A DNA stretch of 25,923 nucleotides from Chthoniobacteraceae bacterium. GTDB taxonomy: Bacteria > Verrucomicrobiota > Verrucomicrobiia > Chthoniobacterales > Chthoniobacteraceae. Under the pieces are notes generated by a model, which was given only the letters and a program-made list of their open reading frames with translations, made no database searches and was not told the origin of the DNA. The stretch spans positions 1 to 25,923 of the forward strand of contig JANNXQ010000184.1 of NCBI GenBank assembly GCA_031409655.1, written 5' to 3'. The position numbers were made by a program, and so were the translations under genes. Shown here one piece after another: positions 1-9,366 of this stretch. Every line of letters starts with the position of its first letter. Within the stretch, counting starts at the first letter, position 1.

Positions 1-141
1 CGAATAAGTCAGCTGCTTTCAGGCGCCGCTTCTCTTGCCGCTCACGGCGTCCGGTCACTGTTTTGGTTGATCTTCTTGCCATCAACCGTAACTAACATAA
101 CTCGGCATCTGATGTGAAGCTGTTTTGGAGGGCTCAGTAAA

Positions 142-867
142 TCAAAGCGCCTCCCCGAGGTTCGCGCGGAACTGCGCCTCCAGGCGCTGCGGGGCGAGGA
201 CGCGGATGCGCTTGCCCTCCACTTCGATCTGGCCTGCGTCGCGCAGCCGCGCGAGAGCGCGGGAGAGGGTCTCGTTGCGGGTGCTGAGTTCGGAGGCAAG
301 GACGGTCTTCGTCACGTCGAGCGCGATTTCGAAAGGGCTCGTCGGTCGCGGTTGCGGGCAGCGTTTGAGCAGCCAATGGATGAGCCGCGTCTCGACATCC
401 TTGCCCTGCAAATCCTCAACGGCATTTACAAGGAGGCGGAGGTGCTGGCTCATCGAGCCAATCATCCGCAGCGCGAGTTCCGCGTGGGATTTGATCAGCG
501 AGAGGAATTCGGCGCGCGGGACAAAAAGCAGGTCGCAATCTTCGACCGCTCGCGCGCTGGCCGGATAGCCCGCGTCGCCCGCGAGCGCGCCTTCAGCGAA
601 GGACTGCCCCTGGCGAAAGACGTGGATCGTTTTCTCCGCCCCATCCGCACCGAGTCGGTACACGTTCACGGCCCCCTGGCGAATGATGAAGAAGCCTCGC
701 ACCGCATCGCCTTCGCTGAATAAACGTTCTCCCCGACTGGCGCGCCGCACCTCGACAAATTTCGCGATGCGCTCGAGATCCTCCGCCGGCAGATCGGCAA
801 ACATGCTACAGCCGCGCAAGGCCGCTGTTTGTGCAGCGAGCCGGAGTTCGAGAAATTTTTCGGGCAC
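142..867 (-). CDS. Crp/Fnr-family transcriptional regulator (no Fe-S cysteine cluster; DNR/HcpR-like)
   Basis: cNMP-binding-like domain (LFSEGD..GFFII..G.V; FAEGAL..YPASARA) and C-terminal HTH with LASELSTRNETLSRAL. Start placed at GTG 867; the upstream part of the ORF-track ORF does not look conserved. Confidence 0.9.
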   Translation of the reverse strand: MPEKFLELRLAAQTAALRGCSMFADLPAEDLERIAKFVEVRRASRGERLFSEGDAVRGFFIIRQGAVNVYRLGADGAEKTIHVFRQGQSFAEGALAGDAGYPASARAVEDCDLLFVPRAEFLSLIKSHAELALRMIGSMSQHLRLLVNAVEDLQGKDVETRLIHWLLKRCPQPRPTSPFEIALDVTKTVLASELSTRNETLSRALARLRDAGQIEVEGKRIRVLAPQRLEAQFRANLGEAL

Positions 868-925
868 GTGGCCAGCATGCCGTGAGGCCACCCCGATGCG
901 TAAGCGAAAAGGCGCAGCACGTGTT

Positions 926-1108
926 TCATTTTGCGACTGCGGATTTTGATCGAGGAGGGGTCGGCAGCGGGCCCCAGATTTCTGCAAGGAGGGTGAAAAT
1001 TTCTGGCTCGGCCTGTTACCGTTCGCCGGTCAGGAATGGGTAGAAATCGTCCGCGCCAAAGTAAGCTTCGGTCAACTCAGCGAAGCACTCCTTCTGGTTG
1101 TTCAACCC
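926..1108 (-). pseudogene. C-terminal remnant of a putative zinc metallopeptidase, with an internal stop
   Basis: Manual translation: GLNNQKECFAELTEAYFGADDFYPFLTGER*QAEPEIFTLLAEIWGPLPTPPRSKSAVAK*. In-frame TAA at 1016-1018. Resembles the N..E.FAE.TEAYFG..DFYPF....L....P....LL..IWG tail of PVC/Bacteroidota metallopeptidases. N-terminus and HEXXH absent. Confidence 0.65.
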
Positions 1109-1120
1109 TGGTTCGCAGAC

Positions 1121-2224
1121 TTACTCCACGACCACCACTGGCTTGCCTAAGACTCCCATCTTCGGCGTGATGCCGAGGCCGGGCGCGGTGCTCGCGGTCA
1201 TAAAGCCATCCACGCGCTGCGGGGCCCCATCGGCGGTCGAGACCGTCACGTAGCTGTTGAAGTCGGTGCTGGTGAAGCGGAATTCCTCCGGCGTGCTCTG
1301 CGCGAGATGCGCAATGGCGGCCGTGGTGATATCGCCCCCCCAGCTATCCTCCAGCGTCATGGCGATACCCATGCTCACGCAAAGGTCGCGGGCCTGTTTG
1401 ATTCTCGTGAGGCCGCCGAGCTTGCTGATTTTCAAATTCACCACGTCCATCGCGAGATCCGCTTTGGCGCGCAGCAGCATGTCGAGCGAGTCGATGTTTT
1501 CATCGAGCACAAAGGGATGCGCGCACTGCCGGCGCACCGCGAGGCATTCCTCATAAGTGAGGCAGGGCTGCTCGATATACACATCCACATCCCGCACCGC
1601 CTTCGCCACCCGCACAGCTTCGTGCTGCACCCATCCAGTGTTGGCATCCGCCACGAGTCGGTCGCCGGCCTGGAGCTTGGCGGCGACGGCGAAGATGCGC
1701 GCGATGTCCGTATCCGGATCGCCGCCCACTTTAAGCTGGAAGCGGGTGTAACCCTCGGCGCGATAACCCGCGACCTTCGCCGCCATGTCCTCTGGCGACT
1801 CCTGCGAGATGGCTCGATAGAGCCGCACCTTCTCGCCGTAACGACCGCCCATTAGCACGCACACGGGCAGGCCCGTCGCTTGTCCGAGGATATCCCAGCA
1901 GGCGATGTCGATCCCCGACTTCACATACGGATGCCCCTTCAAAGCCGCGTCCATGCGCTGATTCAGCTTCGCGAGTTCCCGAGGATCCTGCCCGAGGAGA
2001 TGCGGTCCGAGTTCCCGCAACCCAGCGCGAACACCATCGGCATAAGCCGGAAGATAAAACGGTCCGAGCGGGCAAACCTCGCCATGACCCACGAACCCGT
2101 CGTCCGTTTCCACCGCCACGATGGTGCTGTCAAAGACGGTGACGGATTTTCCACCGGACCATTTGTAAGTGGTCTCGTGCAACGGGAGTTCGACGCGATA
2201 AGCAAGAATGCGGGTGATTTTCAT
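1121..2224 (-). CDS. Enolase-superfamily (MR/MLE) enzyme, cis-3-hydroxy-L-proline dehydratase-like
   Basis: QLKVGG, metal ligands in ADANTGW / IEQP / LDE, plus [19 protein letters not shown] and TDFNSY. The [12 protein letters not shown] segment matches my recollection of the cis-3-hydroxyproline dehydratase subgroup. Confidence 0.85.
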   Translation of the reverse strand: MKITRILAYRVELPLHETTYKWSGGKSVTVFDSTIVAVETDDGFVGHGEVCPLGPFYLPAYADGVRAGLRELGPHLLGQDPRELAKLNQRMDAALKGHPYVKSGIDIACWDILGQATGLPVCVLMGGRYGEKVRLYRAISQESPEDMAAKVAGYRAEGYTRFQLKVGGDPDTDIARIFAVAAKLQAGDRLVADANTGWVQHEAVRVAKAVRDVDVYIEQPCLTYEECLAVRRQCAHPFVLDENIDSLDMLLRAKADLAMDVVNLKISKLGGLTRIKQARDLCVSMGIAMTLEDSWGGDITTAAIAHLAQSTPEEFRFTSTDFNSYVTVSTADGAPQRVDGFMTASTAPGLGITPKMGVLGKPVVVVE

Positions 2225-2415
2225 GATGGGAGGTCGGCTCGATTCATTCGATTTTCGGAGGACACTATTCGTTCCCCGCCCTTTCGTCTTGGTGGGAAAA
2301 TGCGCGAGATGCGGAAACTCAGCACAACCCCCACGCAGGCGGCAAGGCCACGGCGCGGATGGTTCAAAATCCCGATCTGCTTGCGGCCCGCTTTTAGTTC
2401 CTGTTCCCTCTGTCC

Positions 2416-3171
2416 GTGCCCCCCTCCACCCTCGCGCTTCTTTTTCTAGCTGGCCTCGCGAGTGGGTTCATCGACGCCATCGCGGGCGGCGGAGGCCTGA
2501 TCTCGGTGCCCGCACTTCTCGCCGCCGGGTTGCCGCCGCAGATCGCGCTGGGCACGAATAAGTTTCAATCGTCCTTCGGCACCATCCTCGCCGTGGTCCG
2601 TTACGCCCGCGCAGGGATGATGAAAACGCCCTGGCTTTGGCTGGCGGTCGCAGGCTCCTTCTTCGCCTCCATGGCCGGGGCGCACGTCGTCACGCTCGTG
2701 GACAATGCCGTCCTCAAGAAACTCATCCCCTGGATGCTCGCCGCCGTCGCCATATACACGGCGATCAATCCGCGCTTTGGCTTGCACGCTGGCCGCGCGC
2801 ACTTTCGACCGGTGGTGTTCGCCCCACTCTTTGGCAGCGTTATCGGATTCTACGACGGCTTCTTCGGTCCTGGGACCGGATCCTTCTGGACCATCGCCTG
2901 CGTCGCCCTGCTCGGTCTCGATCTGCGTCACGCCACCGGCTACACCAAGGCAGTCAACCTCGCGAGCAACCTCGGCTCACTCGCGATTTTCCTGCCAAGC
3001 AAGTCCGTCCACTTCCCCGCGGGAGCGGCGATGATCGCCGGCCAACTCATCGGCGCGCAACTCGGCTCCGGCTTCGTCATCAAGCATGGCGCGAAATTTA
3101 TCCGGCCCGTGTTCCTCGCGGTGGTGTCTGCGCTAACCTTAAAGTTAATCTGGGATGGATTTCACCACTAA
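2416..3171 (+). CDS. TSUP (TauE/SafE, YfcA-like) membrane transporter
   Basis: [28 protein letters not shown] and [14 protein letters not shown] motifs; highly hydrophobic, 251 aa. Confidence 0.92.
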   Translation: MPPSTLALLFLAGLASGFIDAIAGGGGLISVPALLAAGLPPQIALGTNKFQSSFGTILAVVRYARAGMMKTPWLWLAVAGSFFASMAGAHVVTLVDNAVLKKLIPWMLAAVAIYTAINPRFGLHAGRAHFRPVVFAPLFGSVIGFYDGFFGPGTGSFWTIACVALLGLDLRHATGYTKAVNLASNLGSLAIFLPSKSVHFPAGAAMIAGQLIGAQLGSGFVIKHGAKFIRPVFLAVVSALTLKLIWDGFHH

Positions 3172-3256
3172 CAGCCTGTTGAAACATACTGTGACAGGGC
3201 GGAGCACAGCCGTCCCGGCTGTGCTCCGCTGAGCAATTGGGTTTTTCAAGAGGCTG
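3172..3256. repeat. Nested inverted-repeat element (MITE/REP-like; possible bidirectional terminator)
   Basis: Outer IR CAGCCTGTTGAAA (3172-3184) / TTTCAAGAGGCTG (3244-3256) with 1 mismatch. Inner perfect 14-bp hairpin GCGGAGCACAGCCG-TCC-CGGCTGTGCTCCGC (3199-3229). Lies between convergent genes. Confidence 0.7.
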
Positions 3257-3305
3257 CTCAGAAGATGGGAAAGGCGCAAGAGATCATGGTTATAGCAGTG
3301 CGCGG

Positions 3306-4787
3306 CTATTTTACCCCATTGCCTTTCGATTCTACGCCTTTCGATTTCACTGGTTCCAATCCGATTGCCGGACCGTTGTCGGCCGGCATCGATTGGTGCC
3401 ATGCGAGCACGGCCTTGGACAGCCGTGCGACGATGCCGGGATACTGCGCTGCGAGGTTGTTCGTTTCGCCGCGATCTTTGGCGAGATCGTAGAGTTGGGG
3501 TTTCGTGCCGTCGTATTCCGCCAGGAATTTCCAATCCTGATCGCGCACGGCAAGATCGGGAAGCGGCTCGAGGATGGTCGCGGAAGCGGTCTTACGATCC
3601 GGTGGACGACGCCAGAAGATCGGCGCAGCGCGAGACGCGGTGCTTTGGCCCAGCAAGACAGACGCGAGATTTTCGCCATCAAAAGTAACTCCATCCGGCT
3701 TCTCGACCTGTGCGATCGCGAGCATCGATGGCGCGAGATCGAAGGCGGCAAAGACGGAGGTATCGTTCGGCTTACCGACTTTACTTTTCTCAATGAGGCC
3801 CGGCCCCCACGCGATCAGCGGGGAACGCGTGCCGCCTTCATACAGGGTGGTCTTGGTGCCGCGGAAGGGACCGGCACTGCCAGCGCCCGGCTCCGGGCCA
3901 TTGTCGGAGCAGACGAGGATGAGGGTTTGGTCGCGGAGCGCGGGCGTGTCCCGGATGTGATCGAAGAGTCTGCCCAACTGCCGGTCCATCTCGACGAGCA
4001 CCGCATGATACATCTCACGCTTGGTCTTGCCCCACTTCTCGACGGGCGGCCACCACGGGCCATGGACATCGTCCGGCCACAGGTTCACGAAGAAGGGTTT
4101 CTTCGCAGCGACAGCTTTGTCGATGAAAGGAATTGCCGCGTCGATGAAGCCGCTGGTGATCTTCGAGCGGAGCATCCACGTCACTGGCTGACCGAGACGC
4201 TCGGCATCGGCCCAGATTTGGCCGGGCTCTTGGTCGCCTGGCTTTAAGGTGAGCGGCAAAAGCTTCGGACCCATGCCTTCGAAGTTGGTCAGCGATTCGT
4301 CGAAGCCATAGGCAGTGATCGGTGGCGCGTCATCGACATCGCGCTGACCGCCGAGATGCCACTTGCCGAAGTGGCCGGTGGCATAACCTGCCTGCTGGAG
4401 GATGCGGGCGAGCGTCGGCGCTTGCGGGTCGAGCCAGTGGGCTACGCCGCGCCGTTCATTGTCCGCGCGGTGGCTGAGGAAGGAAGTGATCCGCCAGCGC
4501 TGCGCATACTGGCCGGTCGTCAGTGCGCATCGGGAAGGCGAGCAGATCGGTGAGTTCACATGGAACTGCGAGAAGCGGATGCCCTCCGCCGCGAGCCGAT
4601 CCACGTTCGGCGTCTTTGCCTCCCTATTTCCGAAACACGAGAAATCGCCCCAGCCCAGGTCGTCGATGAAGACCATCACGAAGTTTGGCCGCGACTCCGC
4701 GGCTTGGGTGGCACCACAGACGACGCCAAGGAATAGAGCGGGGAGCAAAAGGGATCGGAGCAAGCTGGTGGAGGGTTGGTGTTTCAT
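3306..4787 (-). CDS. Secreted formylglycine-dependent sulfatase
   Basis: Signal peptide; RPNFVMVFIDDLGWGD, CSPSR (CxPxR), GKWHLG and SDNG motifs. Confidence 0.95.
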   Translation of the reverse strand: MKHQPSTSLLRSLLLPALFLGVVCGATQAAESRPNFVMVFIDDLGWGDFSCFGNREAKTPNVDRLAAEGIRFSQFHVNSPICSPSRCALTTGQYAQRWRITSFLSHRADNERRGVAHWLDPQAPTLARILQQAGYATGHFGKWHLGGQRDVDDAPPITAYGFDESLTNFEGMGPKLLPLTLKPGDQEPGQIWADAERLGQPVTWMLRSKITSGFIDAAIPFIDKAVAAKKPFFVNLWPDDVHGPWWPPVEKWGKTKREMYHAVLVEMDRQLGRLFDHIRDTPALRDQTLILVCSDNGPEPGAGSAGPFRGTKTTLYEGGTRSPLIAWGPGLIEKSKVGKPNDTSVFAAFDLAPSMLAIAQVEKPDGVTFDGENLASVLLGQSTASRAAPIFWRRPPDRKTASATILEPLPDLAVRDQDWKFLAEYDGTKPQLYDLAKDRGETNNLAAQYPGIVARLSKAVLAWHQSMPADNGPAIGLEPVKSKGVESKGNGVK

Positions 4788-4911
4788 GACACGGAAACGT
4801 CACCGTGACGCGCTCGGCGCGACCCTTCAAGGCTTCCGCGACTCCCTTTCTCCTTCGCTCATAGACTCGCCGCTGCGCCGCGAAGTTTGCGTCTTTGCGC
4901 CAGGCCGTGCG

Positions 4912-5509
4912 TTACGCGTAAGGCGTGCCGTCACCCTTGAGATAAGTGCGCGTGGCGCGGTCCTGGAAGAAGTTCGCGTCGTTGCGATGGTCGCCAAGGA
5001 GTTTGCAGAGGAAGAGGCCGACGATGGAGAGGCGGTCAAAAGCGTCGGTGATGAACTTCGCCGCGTCTTCGATGGATTCCTTGAAGCTGGGCGGTTGCCG
5101 CCGGGTGTCGCCGCCCGCGATGCCAGTGCTCAGGCTCAGGAGCTGGCGGATGGTGATTGCGGCTTTGAGCGGATCGTCCTGCCACTCGGTGATGGTGGCG
5201 CTGACCTTTTCGTCGAGATCGAGCAGGCCAGCCTGCGCCGCGCAGACCGCCAGGGCTGCGGCGAAACCCGTCATCCCTTCCGCGAGCAGGTGCAGCTTAT
5301 CCGCGATCCAGATGGGCGCGTCGTCTTCGAAGATGATCTCGCCTTTCCGCAGCACCAGTAGGGCGACGCCGCGCGAGGCCCTGGAGAACTCGGCGCCGGC
5401 CTTGAAGCGCAGCATTTCCTCCGGGGAAATTCCAGCCGGCGCGTCCGCTGCGGCGCAAAAAATCCGGGCGGCGAAGAGCGCGCAGCGAGTGGGCAGGCGG
5501 GAGCTTCAT
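4912..5509 (-). pseudogene. Degenerate, truncated/chimeric tandem paralog of the neighbouring serine hydrolase
   Basis: About 120 aa align by eye with the 5643-6722 protein (RGVALLVLRKGEIIFED..PIW; LDEKVS; ITIRQLL.LS.GI.GGD). SATK is replaced by EGMT. ATG 5509 is out of frame with a signal-like segment (SRLPTRCALFAARIFCAAADA). The C-terminus is unrelated. Confidence 0.7.
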
Positions 5510-5642
5510 CGTGGCCGGGAGACAAGGCAGGAATGGGTGTGCCGCATCCCGAGCGGCGGTCGCAAGAGCGGAAGCCAGCCGCCCTCGGCGCCGGGCCGCA
5601 AATCAGCCGCAGCGCACTCCGGCTAACTCGCTCGGGCAGTGT

Positions 5643-6722
5643 TCACTTCACCTTGGCGACTCGCTGAACGAGTTCCTTGCCGAGGATTTTGGCGAGGAAA
5701 TGGTTGTCGGAGAAATCGCGTCCTTCGCTGTCGCCGAGGCGCACGATGACGAGCTTTTGCGAAGGGATGATGTAGCAGCCCTGGCCGCCCTTGCCGATCG
5801 CCGCCAGGGTGTCTCGGGGGATGTGAAAACCAAGCGCCTTGCGGTCTTCGATCTCCCGTCTCTGCCGCTCTGCGCTCCGGCTCTCGAGCCCGACCACCGT
5901 GGCCTCGTCGTCCAGCCCGAGCAGCCACCAGCCGAAGGCGTAGGCGGGGTTCGTCGGGCTCGGCTGCAAGCAGTGGGAGAGCGGCCCGGGGCTGACGAGC
6001 AGGCGAGTGTCCCAGCGTCCGCGCAGCCGCACGAGTTCGCCAAATTTTGCCCACTCCCGGGCCGTCAGGAAGGCGCCAGTGGGCATGTTCATCTCCTCCT
6101 TGGAATCGCGCCGCCAAAAGCCCACGCGCAGCCCGATGGGAGCAAGGACGCGGCGATCGAGATACTCGTAGAGCGTTTCATTGGTGGGCTGGAGTTTGCG
6201 GCTCATCAGCGCGCCGAAGCATTGGAAGGGGATCGGCCCGTAGGAAAAGGTGGTGCCCGGCTCCGCGACCGCGTTGGCCATCTCCACGGCTTTCTGAAAG
6301 ATCGGCGTCGCCACTGGATTGTCCCCACCTTCGATCCCGCTGCTCAGGTTCAGGAGCTGCCGGATGGTGATCTGCTCCTTGAGCCCTCCATCTTTCCACT
6401 CGTGGAGCGTGTCGGAGACTTTTTCATCGAGCGCGATGAGGCGATCCTGGACCGCGCACGCGGCGATCACGGCGACAAAGCTTTTGGTGGCGCTGCCGAG
6501 GAGGTGGGGCTTGGCCTCATTCCAGATCGGCGCGTAGTCCTCGAAGATGACCTCGCCATTCCGCATGATCAGCATGGCGACCCCGCGCGCAGCCTTCGAG
6601 TAGTCGGCGGCGCCTTTGAAGCGTTGCTCCTCCTCGGGCTTGAGCTTGGAAGCGGAGGGCTGCGCCGCGACGGGAGCCAGTGAGCCGAGCAGCACGCAGA
6701 GGGCGATTTTGAGGAACTTCAT
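5643..6722 (-). CDS. Secreted serine hydrolase, beta-lactamase-related (family VIII esterase/AmpC-like fold)
   Basis: Signal peptide MKFLKIALCVLLGSLAPVAA; SxxK motif (GSATKS), ITIRQLL, PGTTFSY and AIGKGGQ. Start at ATG 6722. Confidence 0.88.
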   Translation of the reverse strand: MKFLKIALCVLLGSLAPVAAQPSASKLKPEEEQRFKGAADYSKAARGVAMLIMRNGEVIFEDYAPIWNEAKPHLLGSATKSFVAVIAACAVQDRLIALDEKVSDTLHEWKDGGLKEQITIRQLLNLSSGIEGGDNPVATPIFQKAVEMANAVAEPGTTFSYGPIPFQCFGALMSRKLQPTNETLYEYLDRRVLAPIGLRVGFWRRDSKEEMNMPTGAFLTAREWAKFGELVRLRGRWDTRLLVSPGPLSHCLQPSPTNPAYAFGWWLLGLDDEATVVGLESRSAERQRREIEDRKALGFHIPRDTLAAIGKGGQGCYIIPSQKLVIVRLGDSEGRDFSDNHFLAKILGKELVQRVAKVK

Positions 6723-6809
6723 ACGATGGCCTGAGGCCACTGAGAAGATGCCCCAGACCACCCGGCCTCCGCAAGGTCCGTGCGTGGGCTCCACAAACCT
6801 GGGCCGCTC

Positions 6810-8234
6810 TCAGATCGACGCGGCGGAGTATTCCCAACCTTTCCGATACGCGGCGCGCTTGATGAATTTGTTCGCGGTCGCATTGCCGATGGCTTCGAGC
6901 TTCTCCGAATCCCACTCGAGGCGCTGGCCTGCCACGCGCATCGCGAGACCGCCGACGAGGGTGAGTTCCGTGAGCGGTACCGAGTAGTCAAACTGGGACA
7001 TGAAGGGAAACGGTTTCCCGTTTTTGATCGCGAGCGTCCACTCTTCCTGCGGCGCGCCGGCTTTCGGGCTGCGCTCCAGGGTCTTCGCGACCGGGCTGGC
7101 CAGGATGGCCTCGCGCCGCGCGAGGGGCCAGATCTGCGGGTTTTTCGCCTGGTCGGCCTTGTTAAAGATCACCCCTTCGGTGCCGACGATGAACCAGCCA
7201 CCGATCGGCATGACGCCGTTCTTTTTCGGGGACTCGTCTTTGAGCGCCTCGGCTTGATCGATGACCGACGGCAGCTCCGGCAGATACTGCGTGCCGTCCG
7301 GCTTCTTGCCTTCGTACCACGTGAGCAGCACGTCGCCGTGCCCTTTCACGCCGGGGAATTCCATCTTCACGATCGCGCCCGTCGGCCAGGCGATGTCCGA
7401 GATGTCATCGACCTGCGTCGCCGTGACAAACTTCGGCACGCCGAGATCCAGACCCCAGGAAGGTGCATCGATGAGATGGCAGCCCATGTCGCCGAAGGCG
7501 CCGGCGCCCCACTCGAGGAAGCCGCGCCATTTGAAAGGATGAATGTCCGGCGAATACGCGTGCTCGGGCGTGGCCGCGAGCCACTGCTCCCAATCGAGGT
7601 TCGCTGGCTTTTCGCCCGTCTTAAGGGACGCCGCGCCGCCCTGCGGCCAGATCGGCCGGTTCGTCCAGACGTGGACTTCCTGCACCTTGCCGATCACCCC
7701 CGCCGCGAGCCATTCCTTGACCACACGATTGTCATCGTAGGTGTGTCCTTGGTTACCCATCTGGGTGATCACGCCCTTTTTCTTTGCCGCGAGATGAAGC
7801 TGACGCCCTTCCCAAAGGGTATTCACGAGCGGCTTCTGCACGCAGACATGCTTGCCGAGCGCGATGGCATGCATCGCAGCCGGATAGTGCGCGTGGTCTG
7901 GAGTCGAAATGGTCACCGCTTCGATCGACTTCACCTCGTCGAGCATCTGGCGGAAGTCGGTGAAAGTTTTCGCGTTCGGAAATTTAGCGGCCGCTTTGGC
8001 GAGGTTGTTGGCATCGACATCGCAGAGCGCGACGACTTCGTTCTCGCGGGACGCGCCTTCCAGGTCCGAAGCGCCCTTGCCGCCACAGCCGATCGCCGCG
8101 ATGGCGAGTTTCCGGCCGGCGGGGGTGCCGTCCTGCGCGATCAGGATATTCGGCAGGATGATGCCGCCAGCAGTGGTGGCAGTGAGACCTTTGAGGAAGG
8201 AACGACGGGTGGAGCGGAACGGGCGGAGGGACAT
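6810..8234 (-). CDS. Tat-exported Gfo/Idh/MocA-family oxidoreductase
   Basis: Twin-arginine motif STRRSFLK; IGCGGKG, STPDHAH, HVCVQKPL, QMGNQG and GAFGDMGCHLID motifs. Confidence 0.93.
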   Translation of the reverse strand: MSLRPFRSTRRSFLKGLTATTAGGIILPNILIAQDGTPAGRKLAIAAIGCGGKGASDLEGASRENEVVALCDVDANNLAKAAAKFPNAKTFTDFRQMLDEVKSIEAVTISTPDHAHYPAAMHAIALGKHVCVQKPLVNTLWEGRQLHLAAKKKGVITQMGNQGHTYDDNRVVKEWLAAGVIGKVQEVHVWTNRPIWPQGGAASLKTGEKPANLDWEQWLAATPEHAYSPDIHPFKWRGFLEWGAGAFGDMGCHLIDAPSWGLDLGVPKFVTATQVDDISDIAWPTGAIVKMEFPGVKGHGDVLLTWYEGKKPDGTQYLPELPSVIDQAEALKDESPKKNGVMPIGGWFIVGTEGVIFNKADQAKNPQIWPLARREAILASPVAKTLERSPKAGAPQEEWTLAIKNGKPFPFMSQFDYSVPLTELTLVGGLAMRVAGQRLEWDSEKLEAIGNATANKFIKRAAYRKGWEYSAASI

Positions 8235-8372
8235 GGGTGGAAGTTTTGGGGCCTGAAGGCAGTTTGCATCACCCGCGGGCGGAATCTCTCTTAGCAGCGA
8301 CCGCGACCAAAACCGCCCGGCGCCGCGCCGGCGGTCGCTTGCAGGTAAATCCCGGGCTCCGCATCAAGACGA

Positions 8373-8399
8373 TTGACTTCACGCATAAACCGCTAGGAT
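8373..8399 (+). promoter_or_regulatory. Possible sigma70-type promoter for the DeoR gene (possibly leaderless)
   Basis: TTGACT (8373-8378) and TAGGAT (8394-8399). The spacer is only 15 nt. GTG start lies 6 nt after the -10. Confidence 0.35.
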
Positions 8400-8405
8400 G
8401 CCGGG

Positions 8406-9272
8406 GTGAAAGTCCCCCTGCATGTGGTCCTCGCCCGCCGCGAAAAGCTGGCGCAGCTCCTCCAGCAGCACCGCTACCTGCCGATTCAGGAACTTTGCCG
8501 CCGTCTCGGCGTCTCCGAGGCCACGGCCCGGCGCGACCTCGCCGCACTGGTCCAGGAGAAGAAGATCACCCGCACCTACGGCGGGGCCCTCCACGAGTTT
8601 AATGATCGGTTCCCGTCATTCCGCGAACGGCAGGGCGAGGCCGCGCGCGCCAAGCGGAAAATCGCCCAAGCCGCGCTCGCGCTCTTCGAGCCGGATCGCA
8701 CCTATTTCTTCGACTCCGGCACCACGGTCTTCGCCATCGCCGAAGCCTTCCGGGAGCACCCCGTGACCCCGGCGACCGTCGTCACCTCGAATCTTCCCGT
8801 GGGCGAAATCCTCGCCACCATTCCCGGCGTCCAAGTTTTCCAGGTCGCCGGCCAGCTCCTCCATCTCCAATCCACGCTCCTCGGCGAAACCGCGCAAAAG
8901 AGTCTGGAGTTCTGGCACTTTGACATGGCCTTCCTCTCCGCGGAGGGCATGAACGCTGAGGGCCTCTGGAACTCCCAGGCTGCGATCGTCGAGCAACAGA
9001 AGGTCGTGCTCCGCCGCAGCACCCGCAGCATCTTCTGCCTTGATGGAGGGAAGCTCAACCGCCAGCCGCCTTTCCTCCTTCTCCCCTGGCCAGAAGTGGA
9101 TCTTCTGCTCACCGATATCCCCTTGGAGAAGCTCCGCACCGCCGGCCTTCCGATCCGGGAACCGCAGTACTTTTCTCCCCGCACCGGGGTGACGAAAACC
9201 CAAAAAGGCTCTCCGCCGGCCAAGTCGCTACCCGCACCTCCAGACGACCATCTCCCCGTGCATTTCTTATGA
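8406..9272 (+). CDS. DeoR/GlpR-family transcriptional regulator of the microcompartment locus
   Basis: HTH LGVSEATARRDL..L, RTYGGA; sensor domain K.KIAQAA, FFDSGTT, VVTSNL, FDMAFLSAEG. Confidence 0.95.
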   Translation: MKVPLHVVLARREKLAQLLQQHRYLPIQELCRRLGVSEATARRDLAALVQEKKITRTYGGALHEFNDRFPSFRERQGEAARAKRKIAQAALALFEPDRTYFFDSGTTVFAIAEAFREHPVTPATVVTSNLPVGEILATIPGVQVFQVAGQLLHLQSTLLGETAQKSLEFWHFDMAFLSAEGMNAEGLWNSQAAIVEQQKVVLRRSTRSIFCLDGGKLNRQPPFLLLPWPEVDLLLTDIPLEKLRTAGLPIREPQYFSPRTGVTKTQKGSPPAKSLPAPPDDHLPVHFL

Positions 9273-9305
9273 TCGGCATCGTTCGTAAAAATCGAAATTT
9301 TCCTA

Positions 9306-9350
9306 TTGACCACCCTCCTGAAACTTATATGATCGCGTCCAGTCATATAA
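9306..9350 (+). promoter_or_regulatory. BMC operon promoter with overlapping palindromic operator
   Basis: TTGACC (9306-9311)-16 nt-TATGAT (9328-9333). Perfect IR TTATATGA-N10-TCATATAA (9325-9350) in an AT-rich patch. Confidence 0.65.
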
Positions 9351-9366
9351 ATCTTCTCCCCGAATC

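Noticed and set aside
5643..6722. Beta-lactam resistance gene
   Set aside because: SxxK is present but YxN reads YGP and there is no KTG; more consistent with an esterase/amidase.
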